A stretch of DNA of 64,000 bases from Podarcis tiliguerta (taxonomy: Eukaryota). A model generated the notes under the pieces. The model made no database searches, was not told where the DNA came from, and saw only the letters and a list, made by a program, of their open reading frames with translations. Both the position numbers and the translations under genes were made by a program. The stretch lies in NCBI GenBank assembly GCA_965153285.1, contig OZ229112.1; one strand, 5' to 3'. Shown one piece after another: positions 53,059 through 64,000 of the stretch (position 1 is its first letter; every line of letters starts with the position of its first letter).

Positions 53059-53097
<39 letters not shown>
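53043..53097. repeat. Compound (CA)n(GA)n microsatellite
   Basis: Direct inspection. Confidence 0.95.
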
Positions 53098-53099
<2 letters not shown>

Positions 53100-55669
53100 C
53101 ACACTATCGGCTTATATGTGCTGTTGCATTTCTTTTTAAGAACTGTGTTTGTGTTTAGTCCCTTACTATAGAAGATTAAACTTTTTTTTAAAAAAGCTTT
53201 GAGTTGTAACTGCAGTTTGCCCTAATCTGGTTAAAATGATCTTTAACCTCATTTCTCATTATTAATTCTGCAACAGGAGAAAGAAATGTCTTCAGCCTAT
53301 CTACACAGCTGAAAAAAGGTGCTATGCTTCAAGAACTGCATGCAATTAGAAGCTATATAGAAGCTTGTATTTGAAAGAGGCGAATTGCAGATTTATTAGC
53401 ATTGCTCATGCTCAGTTGTTAAGTGTGCGAGCGAAAAACCCTCAACTTTACTTTGATTTCTTATGTTTCCACCCTGCCTCTTAAAGCAGCTCAGAATGGC
53501 ACATAGGGAATTACTAGCCAATCTTTTCCTTTGACATTCCCCAAAGGCCAATGGAAAATAACAGGTGAGTGGTTCACAAAAGTTACTAGCACAATATCCA
53601 GTTCTACCATGATCGGGGTGCGGGGACACAAGAGAACCTCTACTGGTGCAATAGAACTAAAGACAGGACTTTTTATGATAGTACTAAATGGAACAGAGTA
53701 TTGGCATAGTAGTTATTTGGTGCTGGCATCCACAACACTTTTATTGATATATGAGTATCAGCACTTCACTGTTTGTTTGTTTTTACCAAAAAAGCACTGC
53801 CTAAAAGGAAGGATTTTGGCACTTGAGGTGCTTTTATTGCAGAATGGATTTGATAGCTGGGGTAGAAAAACAAGGGGGATAAATTAGAAACCCCCCTATG
53901 CAGGAATGCAGAGGAAAACCCTGTCCAAAATTTTATAGCAATTTATAAAGGCATCTCCCTGGCGTCATGTTTCTGCGGTAGTAGAAAGTCTTCATATGAT
54001 GGATTTTCCCAGGGCTACAGCAGGGTGCAGCAACCAGCTTCAGATGGCAGAAAAGTGGGAAATAGATGAAGGCAGGAAGTAGGGAGCAAAATGTTTTGGT
54101 CTGGCACCATCTTTATCATCTGATTTTCTCATAGGAAGCCAAATGTGTGAAGTAGCTCTCTCCCAAAGTTGCTATGTCAAAGAGAATGCTTTGAATTCAT
54201 TCTCTGAAAAAGTCTACAGCCATGTTGATCTACCAGGGGGGTGGTCCAGAATCATTTTGTGCTAGCTGAATTATAATACTGTGGCCATGAGGTTATGTTT
54301 GTTCTCAGATCTCAAGGAACAAACTTTATTTCCCACGAGTCACCTTCTAACCATCTCTTCTGGTACTCTCATAAAGTCTTATCTTTGGCTCAGTCTTCCA
54401 CCATGAGAAAAGAATACTACTTTATTGACCACAGCTCAAAACTTCACAGGTCTCTGGTGTGCACATGTAGTGAGTAAGTGCTGGAGAGCTTGATGTCATG
54501 GGATGCCTTATGCATATTGAGAGATGGTGCATGTGGAGTAATACTCATCACTGAACAGTGGAGTTCTAAATTCACATTGGATTGCATACCTAATGAAGCC
54601 ATGGAAAGAGAGTGGTTCTCTGCTAATATATGAGGAAGAAATCAAATAAAATGCAAAAGCTACTTGAATGATGAGATTTCATCATGACACAAGAAATTAG
54701 CTGCTTAATTCAGGGCTTCACAATTATTCTTGGATGGACAGTTTTTAAAATTGTGCATTTCCAGCCTATCATGGTTTCAATAAAGGTTTTCATCCAGTTG
54801 AATAATAAATGCAGTGAAGGCAGCAGATTCAGTTTTGCTATCTGTGGATCCATATAATCACTCTTCGGGCATTTCTTTCCCTATCAGGCAGGCTTCAGTC
54901 ACCTTCATTTTCTCACATTTCTGGCTCAAAGCTTCAGGAGGAAGCTGTGCATGCCACTGTTAAAGGAATTGTTCAAGACTTCATCCATAAATTTCTCTTA
55001 CAGAGCAGATCTCATCCTTGGAGGCAACGGGTGTGTTTTTTGTGTGGGTTTTTTTAAAAGGCAGAAACTAGGCATACAGCCATTTAATGCTGATGCTTGA
55101 AGTTATTCATATTTAAAAGTAACTGCTACAATACCAGGAGAACAATTTTCCCCCATGAAATAAAAACCAAATCAAAGCTAGAAAGCTGTATCAAGCACCG
55201 ATGAATAAATCTCTGGGAGGAAACTGAACTAAAAGAAAAGGAATCTGGTAGTCCCACAGAAAAAATAATAATGCAGACCAACCATTTCAGAAAAAGCTTA
55301 GTGAAAAAAATAGGTATGACAATGCATTCACTGACCACAGTTAGAATCAATTGTTTAAAAATAGGGACACTTCCAGGCACGAGAGCTTGAGGTTCAGTGC
55401 AGAGTCTGGTGGACAGATGGAGTCTGGGGTTAACCTAATCTAGACTCAAATGTGCCATGTGCAGTGAAACATGCAGCAGGTTACATGGCAAGTACACTAT
55501 GTTGTATTTATACCATGCTGTTCAGATGGTGAATTTGGGTCCAATTTCAACATAATTTGCAGCAGTGGAAAACTTCAGCCACTGTCCTTAGTTTATTCCT
55601 GTAGCATAGGCTGTACACCAGCACGCTTATTTAATCTTCCGCCATTCCCATCACAAGAACTGAGGTAAA

Positions 55670-56080
55670 CAGTGGTGATGAGAGATGAAGTTCTATGCCT
55701 AACAGACAAAATAAAAACTGACAATTCACTGGACCCAGATGGCATCCACCTGAGAATTCTCAATGAACTCTGTATGAAATTGCTGATCTTCTAACAAAAA
55801 TGGTAACATATCCCTACGACATATGCTTTTTAACTTGTTCGTAAATGGTTTAGAGTTTGGGGTGAACCATAAGGCAGCCAAGTTTGCTGATGATACTAAA
55901 TTGTTCAGGGGTTATTAAACCGAAAAAGGACTGCGAAGAGCTCCAGAAGGACCTGTTTAACTCAACGTAAACAAGTATAAAGTGGTGCATGCCATGGCAA
56001 TAAATAAATTTCAGATACATGCTCACATGGTCTGATCTGGCAGTGATTGACCAGAGACAATACCTAGGGGTCACAGTGAA
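55670..56080 (+). mobile_element. CR1 LINE RT fragment with internal deletions
   Basis: PDGIHLRILNEL..EIADLL, KFADDTKLFR and DCEELQKDL motifs. Confidence 0.8.
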
Positions 56081-57651
56081 TGAAGAACATTTCTTTCAGA
56101 AGAGGGAGCACAGGGTTGTTAAATAAACCAAATTGATCAATAATTTATACTGGAACAAAACTAAGAAGATCCTGCATAATTGTGTGTTTGTGTGTGTACA
56201 GTTAAGACAGAATCTGAAATATTGAAAGGATCATTTTTATCGCCAGTCTGTTTTGCTTTTTGTTGACATGAAGAAAACCAGAAAACCAATCCAAAGAACT
56301 ATGTAAGTGCTGGTCCCCAAACTGGATATTGGGAGAACTGTCCATTTAGTCTTACTCTGGTTCCTGTTAGGTAACCAGTTCCTGGTCCACAAAGGGGCCT
56401 CTCCTCTTGTCATTGCTAAGCTTACATAAAACTATGTCCATTTCAGATTGGCTTTAACATCACAACAATCACTTTGATGCTGGATTAATAGGAATGGTCA
56501 GTATTAGAAACAATCATTTCTGAAGACAATGGTCTGAATTCAACCAAACAGTGTGCACTATTGGGAGCCGGTGCAATAGGACTTTCTCTCCCCCCCCCCC
56601 TGCATGCCCCAGTGTCCTCTGATTGCCTGGGGGTGGGTAGAGAGAACCCATAGAACAATGTGCTGAGGGAGAACAGATTATTCCGCCAGGCAAGCAGAAA
56701 CGCTTGTGCTGACAGAGGGATTGCCTTAGCATGCTTTGAATGAAAGCAGTTCATAATAGGCTAATTTATTTACACCTAATGTGTTCAACATGCTAAAACT
56801 ACCTATGCTTTTATTTTTAATGTATCCACAATGAAATCTGTGTCATGTTCCACATGAAGGCATTCACAGGCAAGGTCCGTGTTCCTAGAGCCATTCAACA
56901 CTCTCCATGTCTATTATTCAGGAACCTCCACAAAGCAACTGCACCAACTGAAGCCAGGTGCTTTAACAAATACCTTATAAACATGCCACATAACCTATTA
57001 CTATACTTGCGGATGTTTAAAATTTCAGAGGCCAGCTCTAATGATCATCGTATACAGGTTCCATCAAGTGCAACTGCTCAACTGGGGGGGGGGGGGCATA
57101 TAAAGATGGTGTTGTGCAAACAGCTTTTATTAATCCCATATATTTACCTTGGCTCTGTTGACATGTATTGAGAATTAATTGCATCGTAATTTTGAAAAGC
57201 ATGAAAGAGTAAACCTTAGAATTTCAGACGTCTAGATTAAAATCCTACATTCCTTAGCAATTGAGTCTTACAATATCTTCCACTGATCTTGGCAGTGGCC
57301 AAAGGGGAAAAACCACCTTTTCAGATTTTGAAATGATTGTCATTGTTGAACAGAGACTGAGAAGGCCAATTAAGCCTAATTGTAATAGATTATGAGCTGC
57401 TTGTTAATTCTAATAGGCCCCTGCTGCCTATCAGGTAATAACCCCAAACTGCTGAGCTAATTGTGGTTAAAACTTCGGGTGAAATTTAAAGTGACCCTAC
57501 ATATGACAGGCTGGTTTTCCTTCCATTGCACCTTTATTAAATCATTCACATTTACATACACAATTAATTTTGTGGCAGAGTATGAAAGTATTAATATTAA
57601 TATGGCTAACAAGTCTTGCCATTTTGCTGTATTATCAATTTTAACTCTGTA

Positions 57652-57893
57652 CAGTGGTACCTCAGGTTACATACGCTTCAGGTTACATAAGCTTCAGGTT
57701 ACAGACTCCGCTAACCCAGAAATAGTGCTTCAGGTTAAGAACTTTGCTTCAGGATAAGAACAGAAATTGTGTTCCGGCGGTGCGGCGGCAGCAGGAGGCC
57801 CCGTTAGCTAAAGTGGTGCTTCAGGTTAAGAACAGTTTCAGGTTAAGTACAGACCTCCGGAACGAATTAAGTACTTAACCTGAGGTACCACTG
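57652..57893. mobile_element. Tigger-like MITE, well preserved
   Basis: TA-CAGTGGTACCTCAGGTTA...TAACCTGAGGTACCACTG-TA. Confidence 0.95.
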
Positions 57894-60800
57894 TATTTTG
57901 TTCAGTATAGGGATGTTGTTGTTGTTATAGGAGCTTGGCAAATAACCAGCTTATGTAAACATTGTCCCTCTGTATAAAATTGACGATGGTCAGCAATATT
58001 TATTTCTTTATTTGGAATAATGATATCCCACTTTATAGCCCTGAGCAGCTATAAAAGTGGCTTACAGAAAATAAATAAATCTCGTAATAAAGATAACTCA
58101 CTTGCATCCATCCTAACATATGCAGACAGAGACTCTTAAGTGCAAGTAGGAAAGAAATATTTGTTCATGCAAGTAATGGTATTTGCCTTCCACAGGCACA
58201 GAATCAAGAGTCACAATTCAGAAGTTCTGGAATCAGGCTTGGATGGAAGCACCTAAGATGTCTCAACAGTTACCACACCCTGCCCACCAATCTCTTAAAG
58301 ACAAGACCCACTAGGGACAGTCCCCCTCCTCTGGCCCTAGTTTCCACCAATCAGTCTCCTCCACCCCAGTTTCCTCCTCCTCCTCTCCCTCTGCCAACTC
58401 AAGCTCAATCAACCCTGAAAATGCTGCAGGGTTTATGACAACTGCATTATATTTTATTCATCTTCTGTTCTATGCTGTTTTTAACTATTTTTAATTATAT
58501 TATGTACATCACATTGAGACATATATGTGGAAGGCAATTAAATCATCACTATCTTCCAAATCTGCTATTAGGAACTGAAAAAGCATGAGGATTAATCAGG
58601 AACCATTTCCTGCCCTCATCCCTGGTCCTCCTTAGCGTTGCCCTTTGGTCTCTGCCTATGAGGCAGCAGAGTCTACTGATGCTTCTAAGGCATAGAACAG
58701 AGGTGAGCAGTAGAACTCACTCAACGCATAAAGGAGGTAAAACGTCTCTTTCTGGTAGTTGTCAACTGCCTGGCAACTGTTCCCACTGATGTTCTCTGTG
58801 TGGTGGAGAAGCTGAACCTTGATTAACCAAAGATGAGGTAGTATCTGTTAAGTGCCTGACACACTTGAAAATTATAATGCTTATAACAGGCCTTTTCACA
58901 ATTTGGCACATGCTCTTATACAACGAGGGTTTCTTTTGATCCCATCTCAGCAGTTTATTATACTGACTGCAGTTTTCTTCTCAATAGCCATGTGAGACAG
59001 GACAAACCAATTCTGTCTGGGGAAACAGGCACTGAAAAATGTCAGAATTCACAGAGATGTTTTACGGAGCATGGAAGTAGATACCAGATAACATGAAACT
59101 GGAGGTACTTCTTTCATCTTTGAACAGAACCATTTTAGCTAAAGATCAGCTTTATATCATCTGTGTATTGCACAGAAAACACACTTCAGTTCCTGTGGAA
59201 TTTCATGCACACCCCAAAAAACCAGCTGCTGATTCAAGGGCAGCTAGCTATCACATGCTGCTGCCCCCATCCCTAAATCTTGAATATAATAACTAAAGGC
59301 CAAAGGTTCTAATAATCATAAAAAAAGATATCTTTCTGGTCCTGTGACTCCAGGCTTGCTTTCAAACAGAGTCTAGGAAAGCCCTTGTTAAAGAATTCTG
59401 TTCTTCCAGGTTGCCTGGTACCACCTATGCACAGTGAGGAGGCAAAAAGAGAGTATGGAAGCCCAAGAATCACCTATACTCTGTGCAAGGACAGGCTCTG
59501 GAAGCAAAATTGTATTGTATTTTGGAAGCAAAACCTTGTATTGGGTGCACTACTAAAACATAGTTCAGCAATATGCAAGTGATACTGTTCAAGTTTCCCC
59601 TTTCTTCTTGTGCTAGAGGAAGAGATCTGAAGTTTTCACTTCCAGGTTTAGACTCAGCATGTCCTGTGCTGAGTTTAAAGTTAGTTCCAGTTACCAGCTT
59701 GTTCCAATAAACCATATATTAACATTTAAACTAACTCACACCCAGTCTGAACATAACAACAAAGTGTGGCTATTCGAAAACAGAAAGCAGATGCTTCTAG
59801 TGCTCTAGTGACTGTTGAAGAAAAGGGAAGGTGGTCAGAGACTTGATAAGCTCATTCAGAGAACACCAAGCAATGGTTCAGTGTTGCAAGCAAACCATTC
59901 TGAACAGATTGCAGATCAGACTTCATCAGCTAGGAAACTGTAGTAAGAACCTACTTTTATTTACATACATTTAGGATTGTGACCGAAGCCTATATAAAAA
60001 AGGATCAGAATGTTCATGGTTGATGCGTTAAAGAAATGGTCTCTGGCAACACTTAAGCACAGAAAATAATCATAGTGCTTATATTGACAGGCAAAACATG
60101 GATTTTGAAATCATCTGAAAAATTTACAAACTTTAAACAGAGGCAATGTAAACCCAATGAGGCTATTCTGTTAATCAATGAGAAGTCTAGAGATAGATTC
60201 TAGCTCTCCAAGGCCAATTACCTTTGTGTTGAGTATGTGTTAATAGAAATATTTTCTGAAATATTATATCCAAGATTTTGAACCACCTGGGTGCTACTTA
60301 TGGGTTCCTGGATCACCTGTCTATGAATACAGATAAGTGATTCATAGAGAGGGGCCTTGTGCATTCATGCTTAAATTGCTACAGCGAGAGTTGCATAGAG
60401 AAAGGCCATTATTTTATGTCAGTCCCCGCCCCCCCCCCCGGTGATGCATATTATTTTACCTAACTTCTATTCTGCTGCACAGTTGGGCAAAGTCTATATT
60501 TTATGCATCATTACTGACTCTTCCATTGTCTTCCTAGAAGGCAGATTTACAAGCCTTGAGCAATCTGAAACATGTATGGCTGAAATTCTCCAACTCTGAG
60601 AAGCAGAAGAGCAATATAATGCAGATATAAAGGGACACTGGGAGTGTGCATAGATTTTGATTAAAACTCTAGGCTAAAACTGAAATTCTCTGTACTCTTA
60701 CTTGGGAGTGAGGCATGCTGAACTCAGTGGCACTTTGGAGAAAGCACAAAGAAAATTAAGCTGATAATGAACGAAAGAAAGCCAAACCCCTTTAACGTGC

Positions 60801-61100
60801 ATGAGAATAAAAAACGTTTCACAGAGCTGACACTGACCCACTTCACACATTGTGACCTGATGACCGAATAAAGAGACACACAGAGGTTGGATTGAAAAAG
60901 GGCCACTTTATTTAAGATTAAACTGGTAACAAAAAACCCTGCAGAGGGAACACTATTGGTGTGAGAGGAAACTTCAAATGGAGGCAACGGCAGCCTCTAG
61001 GGCAGTGGTTCTCAAAGGGTATGGCAAGAGAGGATGGCAAATGTGGCAGGAAGATTCAAGGACGATGAAAGAAACATTTTTAAATTTACATGCAGGATAG

Positions 61101-61236
61101 CAGGCATAGGCAAACTTGGCCGTCCAGATGTTTTGGGACTACAACTCCCATCATCCCTGACCACTGGTCCTACTAGCTAGGGATGATGGGAGCTATAGTC
61201 CCAAAACATCTGGAGGGCCGAGTTTGCCTATGCCTG
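61101..61236. mobile_element. hAT palindromic MITE, young
   Basis: Near-perfect hairpin CAGGCATAGGCAAACT...AGTTTGCCTATGCCTG; TSD CAGGATAG / CAGTATAG. Confidence 0.92.
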
Positions 61237-61256
61237 CAGTATAGGATAGTAAAGTA

Positions 61257-61474
61257 CAGTGGTACCTCAGGTTACAGATGCTTCAGGTTACAGACTCCGC
61301 TAACCCAGATATAGTACCTCGGGTTAAGAACTTTGCTTCAGGATGAGAACAGAAATCGTGCTGCGGTGGCAGCAGGAAGCCCCATTAGCTAAAGTGGTAC
61401 CTCAGGTTAAGAACAGTTTCAGGTTAAGAACAGACCTCCGGAACGAATTAAGTTCTTAACCCAAAGTACCACTG
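61257..61474. mobile_element. Tigger-like MITE
   Basis: TA-CAGTGGTACC...AGTACCACTG-TA. Confidence 0.93.
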
Positions 61475-61479
61475 TATCA

Positions 61480-61530
<51 letters not shown>
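61480..61530. repeat. (AAT)n microsatellite
   Basis: Direct inspection. Confidence 0.95.
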
Positions 61531-61834
61531 TTGCAGAATGTGGATAAATATATTTTCAAAATGAGAGCCAGAGTATCAAGTGATACTGAGGGCAATCCTA
61601 GTTGTGATCCAGAATTGCAGTTAAAATAGAGTGCTGGGAAGGATTCATGTTATTATGTAGCTGCATTGTTTTAGGCTTTCTATATGTCCCATGATCATCT
61701 TATAAAGTAGTTGTGTTCTATCAAGTTGTTTCTTTTTGTTCTCCAATGTATTTCTTGGCAATAAAAAATTTGGTGTGCGAGCAAATTTTTATTCTGAAAG
61801 TGTGGCTCAGAGAAAAAAGTTTGGGAACCACTGC

Positions 61835-63545
61835 TGTGGGGGATTGAAACCCACTGCCTACACCCCAATTTTCAGGCCACACCATGAAGGTGGTAGGAAG
61901 GCCTATGTTGCTCCCCCTTCAAGGCCCCATCGCTCCAGGCTGATAAAGCAGTTTATCCTCAAGGACAGCCCCACTCCGGAGCCCAGAGAGGGCCAGGTGC
62001 CAAAAGGGGGTCACCAGGCTGAAACGCATGGGTGTGGCAGGCCCATGCAGAGCTTGTCTGAGGTCCAGGGTGGAGTCTTGTTCTTGACATGACAGCAGAA
62101 GTCTGGCAGACCCCTGCCAGCTCTCCCCTGGCTGGCTTGGCAACCCTGCTACCCTTATGCTAATAATCTTTAAGGAAACCAAGAAATCCCATGCTACTGA
62201 CAGACAGCTGAAGCCACACAACAGTATCCAGGCTACATACAGACTTCTGACCAACACCTCCAAGACTCAGGAACTTATTGAGGCACAGACACAAGAGGAT
62301 AAGTTATTCCCATTACATCTCTGGCAGAACAGGACAAATGATGTCCCTGCTTACAAAGCTGGCTCCTTGCTGGCCAGTGACCCTCACTTTGAAGCCTCTT
62401 TAATATTTCCAAAGGCACAGGTGGAATTAACAGCCCCCCAACCACCCCGTGAGGGAAAAAGGGATTGACAGGCAACAGGCCAACAAAAGGTTACCCTCCT
62501 AATATGGAATGTAGCCAGATGGTCTGCATATACCAGGGACACCTGTTTAGCTGATTTTTTATCATAACATCACATCTTACTGATACAGGAAACCTGGACC
62601 AGGGATGACATATCATTAAATGGATACCTCTCCTTTACATTGGGAGCTGTACCAGGGAGGAGGCATGGCAGAGCAAAAGGGGATTGGGGATCCTTATTTC
62701 TACCAACATTGGTTCCACACCAAGGTCCCCTCCCTTCACTTAAGACATATACCATGGCTACTCTGCTGCATCTTGAGATTAATTATAAATGCCTACGTGC
62801 CTCCAATGCATCAGAAATTGGAGATCAGAGCCCAGTGGGGTGATCTGGAAGTATATGTTGCAGACCTTATTCTGCAAAATTCAAACACAATGTTGGTACT
62901 GGGAGGGGACCTAAATGCAAGACTAGGGTCAAACAACCAGATCTTATACACACAGTTTTGCCATACCCCACCAGATTGGAGGTTGAAGGCCCACTTACAA
63001 CTTAGCCTCAAAAGACCAGATGTCAAGCTTTGTGGGTCTCTGCCCAGCGGAAACGTCTCTCAAGCTAAGTCTCTACATTATAAATGGTGCTCTTGGAAAG
63101 GACCATCCAGCTGAGTTCACTTTCCTCTCTGGAATCAGGATGAGTGCTATTGATTACATCATTGTCTCTGAAGACCTTCTTCCACGTGTAAAGAATATAG
63201 AGATACCCAGATTTTAGAGTGACCATTTCCCAGTTTCACTCCACCTAATGGAAATCACATGCAAGACAATTCTCAGTCCATCATAATGCCCGCAGGTGAA
63301 ACACATTGCTGAGCCAAATGGACCCCTCTACTAAATCAAAAAGTAACCAAGATGCTGAACTCAGAAAGTTTACAGTCTTTCCAAGCTACCCTGATATCAG
63401 CTGAATCCCCAGAGGCCCTACAAAGACCTGACCCGAGAATCATACCAGCATCTTAGCAATAGTACAGATTATAATGGAGACACCATCAACACCATTCCAA
63501 ACCATGGTTTGACAAGGACTGCATCGGAGCTAAAAAAAAAGCTCT
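61835..63545 (+). mobile_element. Decayed APE-type non-LTR retrotransposon (possibly RTE-X-like): putative ORF1 tail plus ORF2 endonuclease
   Basis: LLIWNV, LLIQETW, GRAKG, INAYVPP, LGGDLNAR, IING..FTF...SAIDYII, SDHFP and PWFDKDC motifs across frameshifts at 62469-63525. Confidence 0.85.
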
Positions 63546-64000
63546 TATAAATACTGGTATATATTACTAATGGTGAATGATAAGACTCAGTTTCCCCCCT
63601 TTGTCATTTTAAATACACTAGCCACCATGTGGGGAAGGCGGGGATAGCTAATTGGTACGGCGCATTCTTTGCCTATAAAAAAAGTATCCAATTCTACCCC
63701 TGGCATTTCAGTGTTGACAGTACTGAGCTAGTTAGGTCAATGATCTGACTTTATGTTTATCAGCTTCTTATGTTCTTGTGATTGTACACTATTTTGCTCT
63801 AGCTTGTAGTGGCCTGAAATGTATGCCATATTATTCATTGTTGCTAGTAAAAAAAAAAGGGGGGGGAGCAGAATACATTGATACAAAGTTTTATAAGGCT
63901 GAAGTCTGTAAATTGACTTCAAAATTTGTTTGAAATGGAAATGATGAACATAAGCACTCAGGAAAAAACGTGATTTGAAGACTAGTTATACAGATATAAT

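Larger units (their letters stand above)
61003..61833. mobile_element. Older hAT-type element hosting nested inserts
   Basis: CAGTGGTTCTCAAA ... TTTGGGAACCACTG TIRs; flanks CTCTAGGG / CTGTGGGG (6/8). Confidence 0.55.

Noticed and set aside
1-64000. CRISPR array, operon or prokaryotic defence system
   Set aside because: Vertebrate DNA with no regularly spaced repeat-spacer array and no gene-dense region

Overview
Repeat-rich, AT-rich vertebrate non-coding DNA (intron or intergenic). It is almost certainly squamate and probably a lacertid lizard, judged from a Sauria-type SINE, a BovB RTE LINE and typical lizard CR1/L2/MITE repeats. I found no recognisable host protein-coding gene, rRNA, tRNA gene or CpG island. 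The ORFs that look like real protein come from retrotransposons (BovB, CR1, L2, L1 and an APE-type LINE). The window holds six TA-flanked Tc1/mariner-pogo-type MITEs of one group, a multi-hairpin MITE with perfect 28-bp TIRs, several hAT MITEs with 8-bp TSDs, solo-LTR-like relics and a Penelope terminal relic. The most interesting signals are: (1) two independent BovB-machinery insertions whose 3' junctions fall at the same GAGGT/ACCAC motif of one MITE family; (2) a 5'-inverted (twin-priming-like) BovB copy with a 13-bp TSD, whose inverted piece can fold into a pseudoknot; (3) a branched multi-hairpin MITE; (4) an in-frame ORF1-UGA-C-ORF2 junction suggesting stop-codon readthrough. Family names rest on recalled motifs, not database searches.
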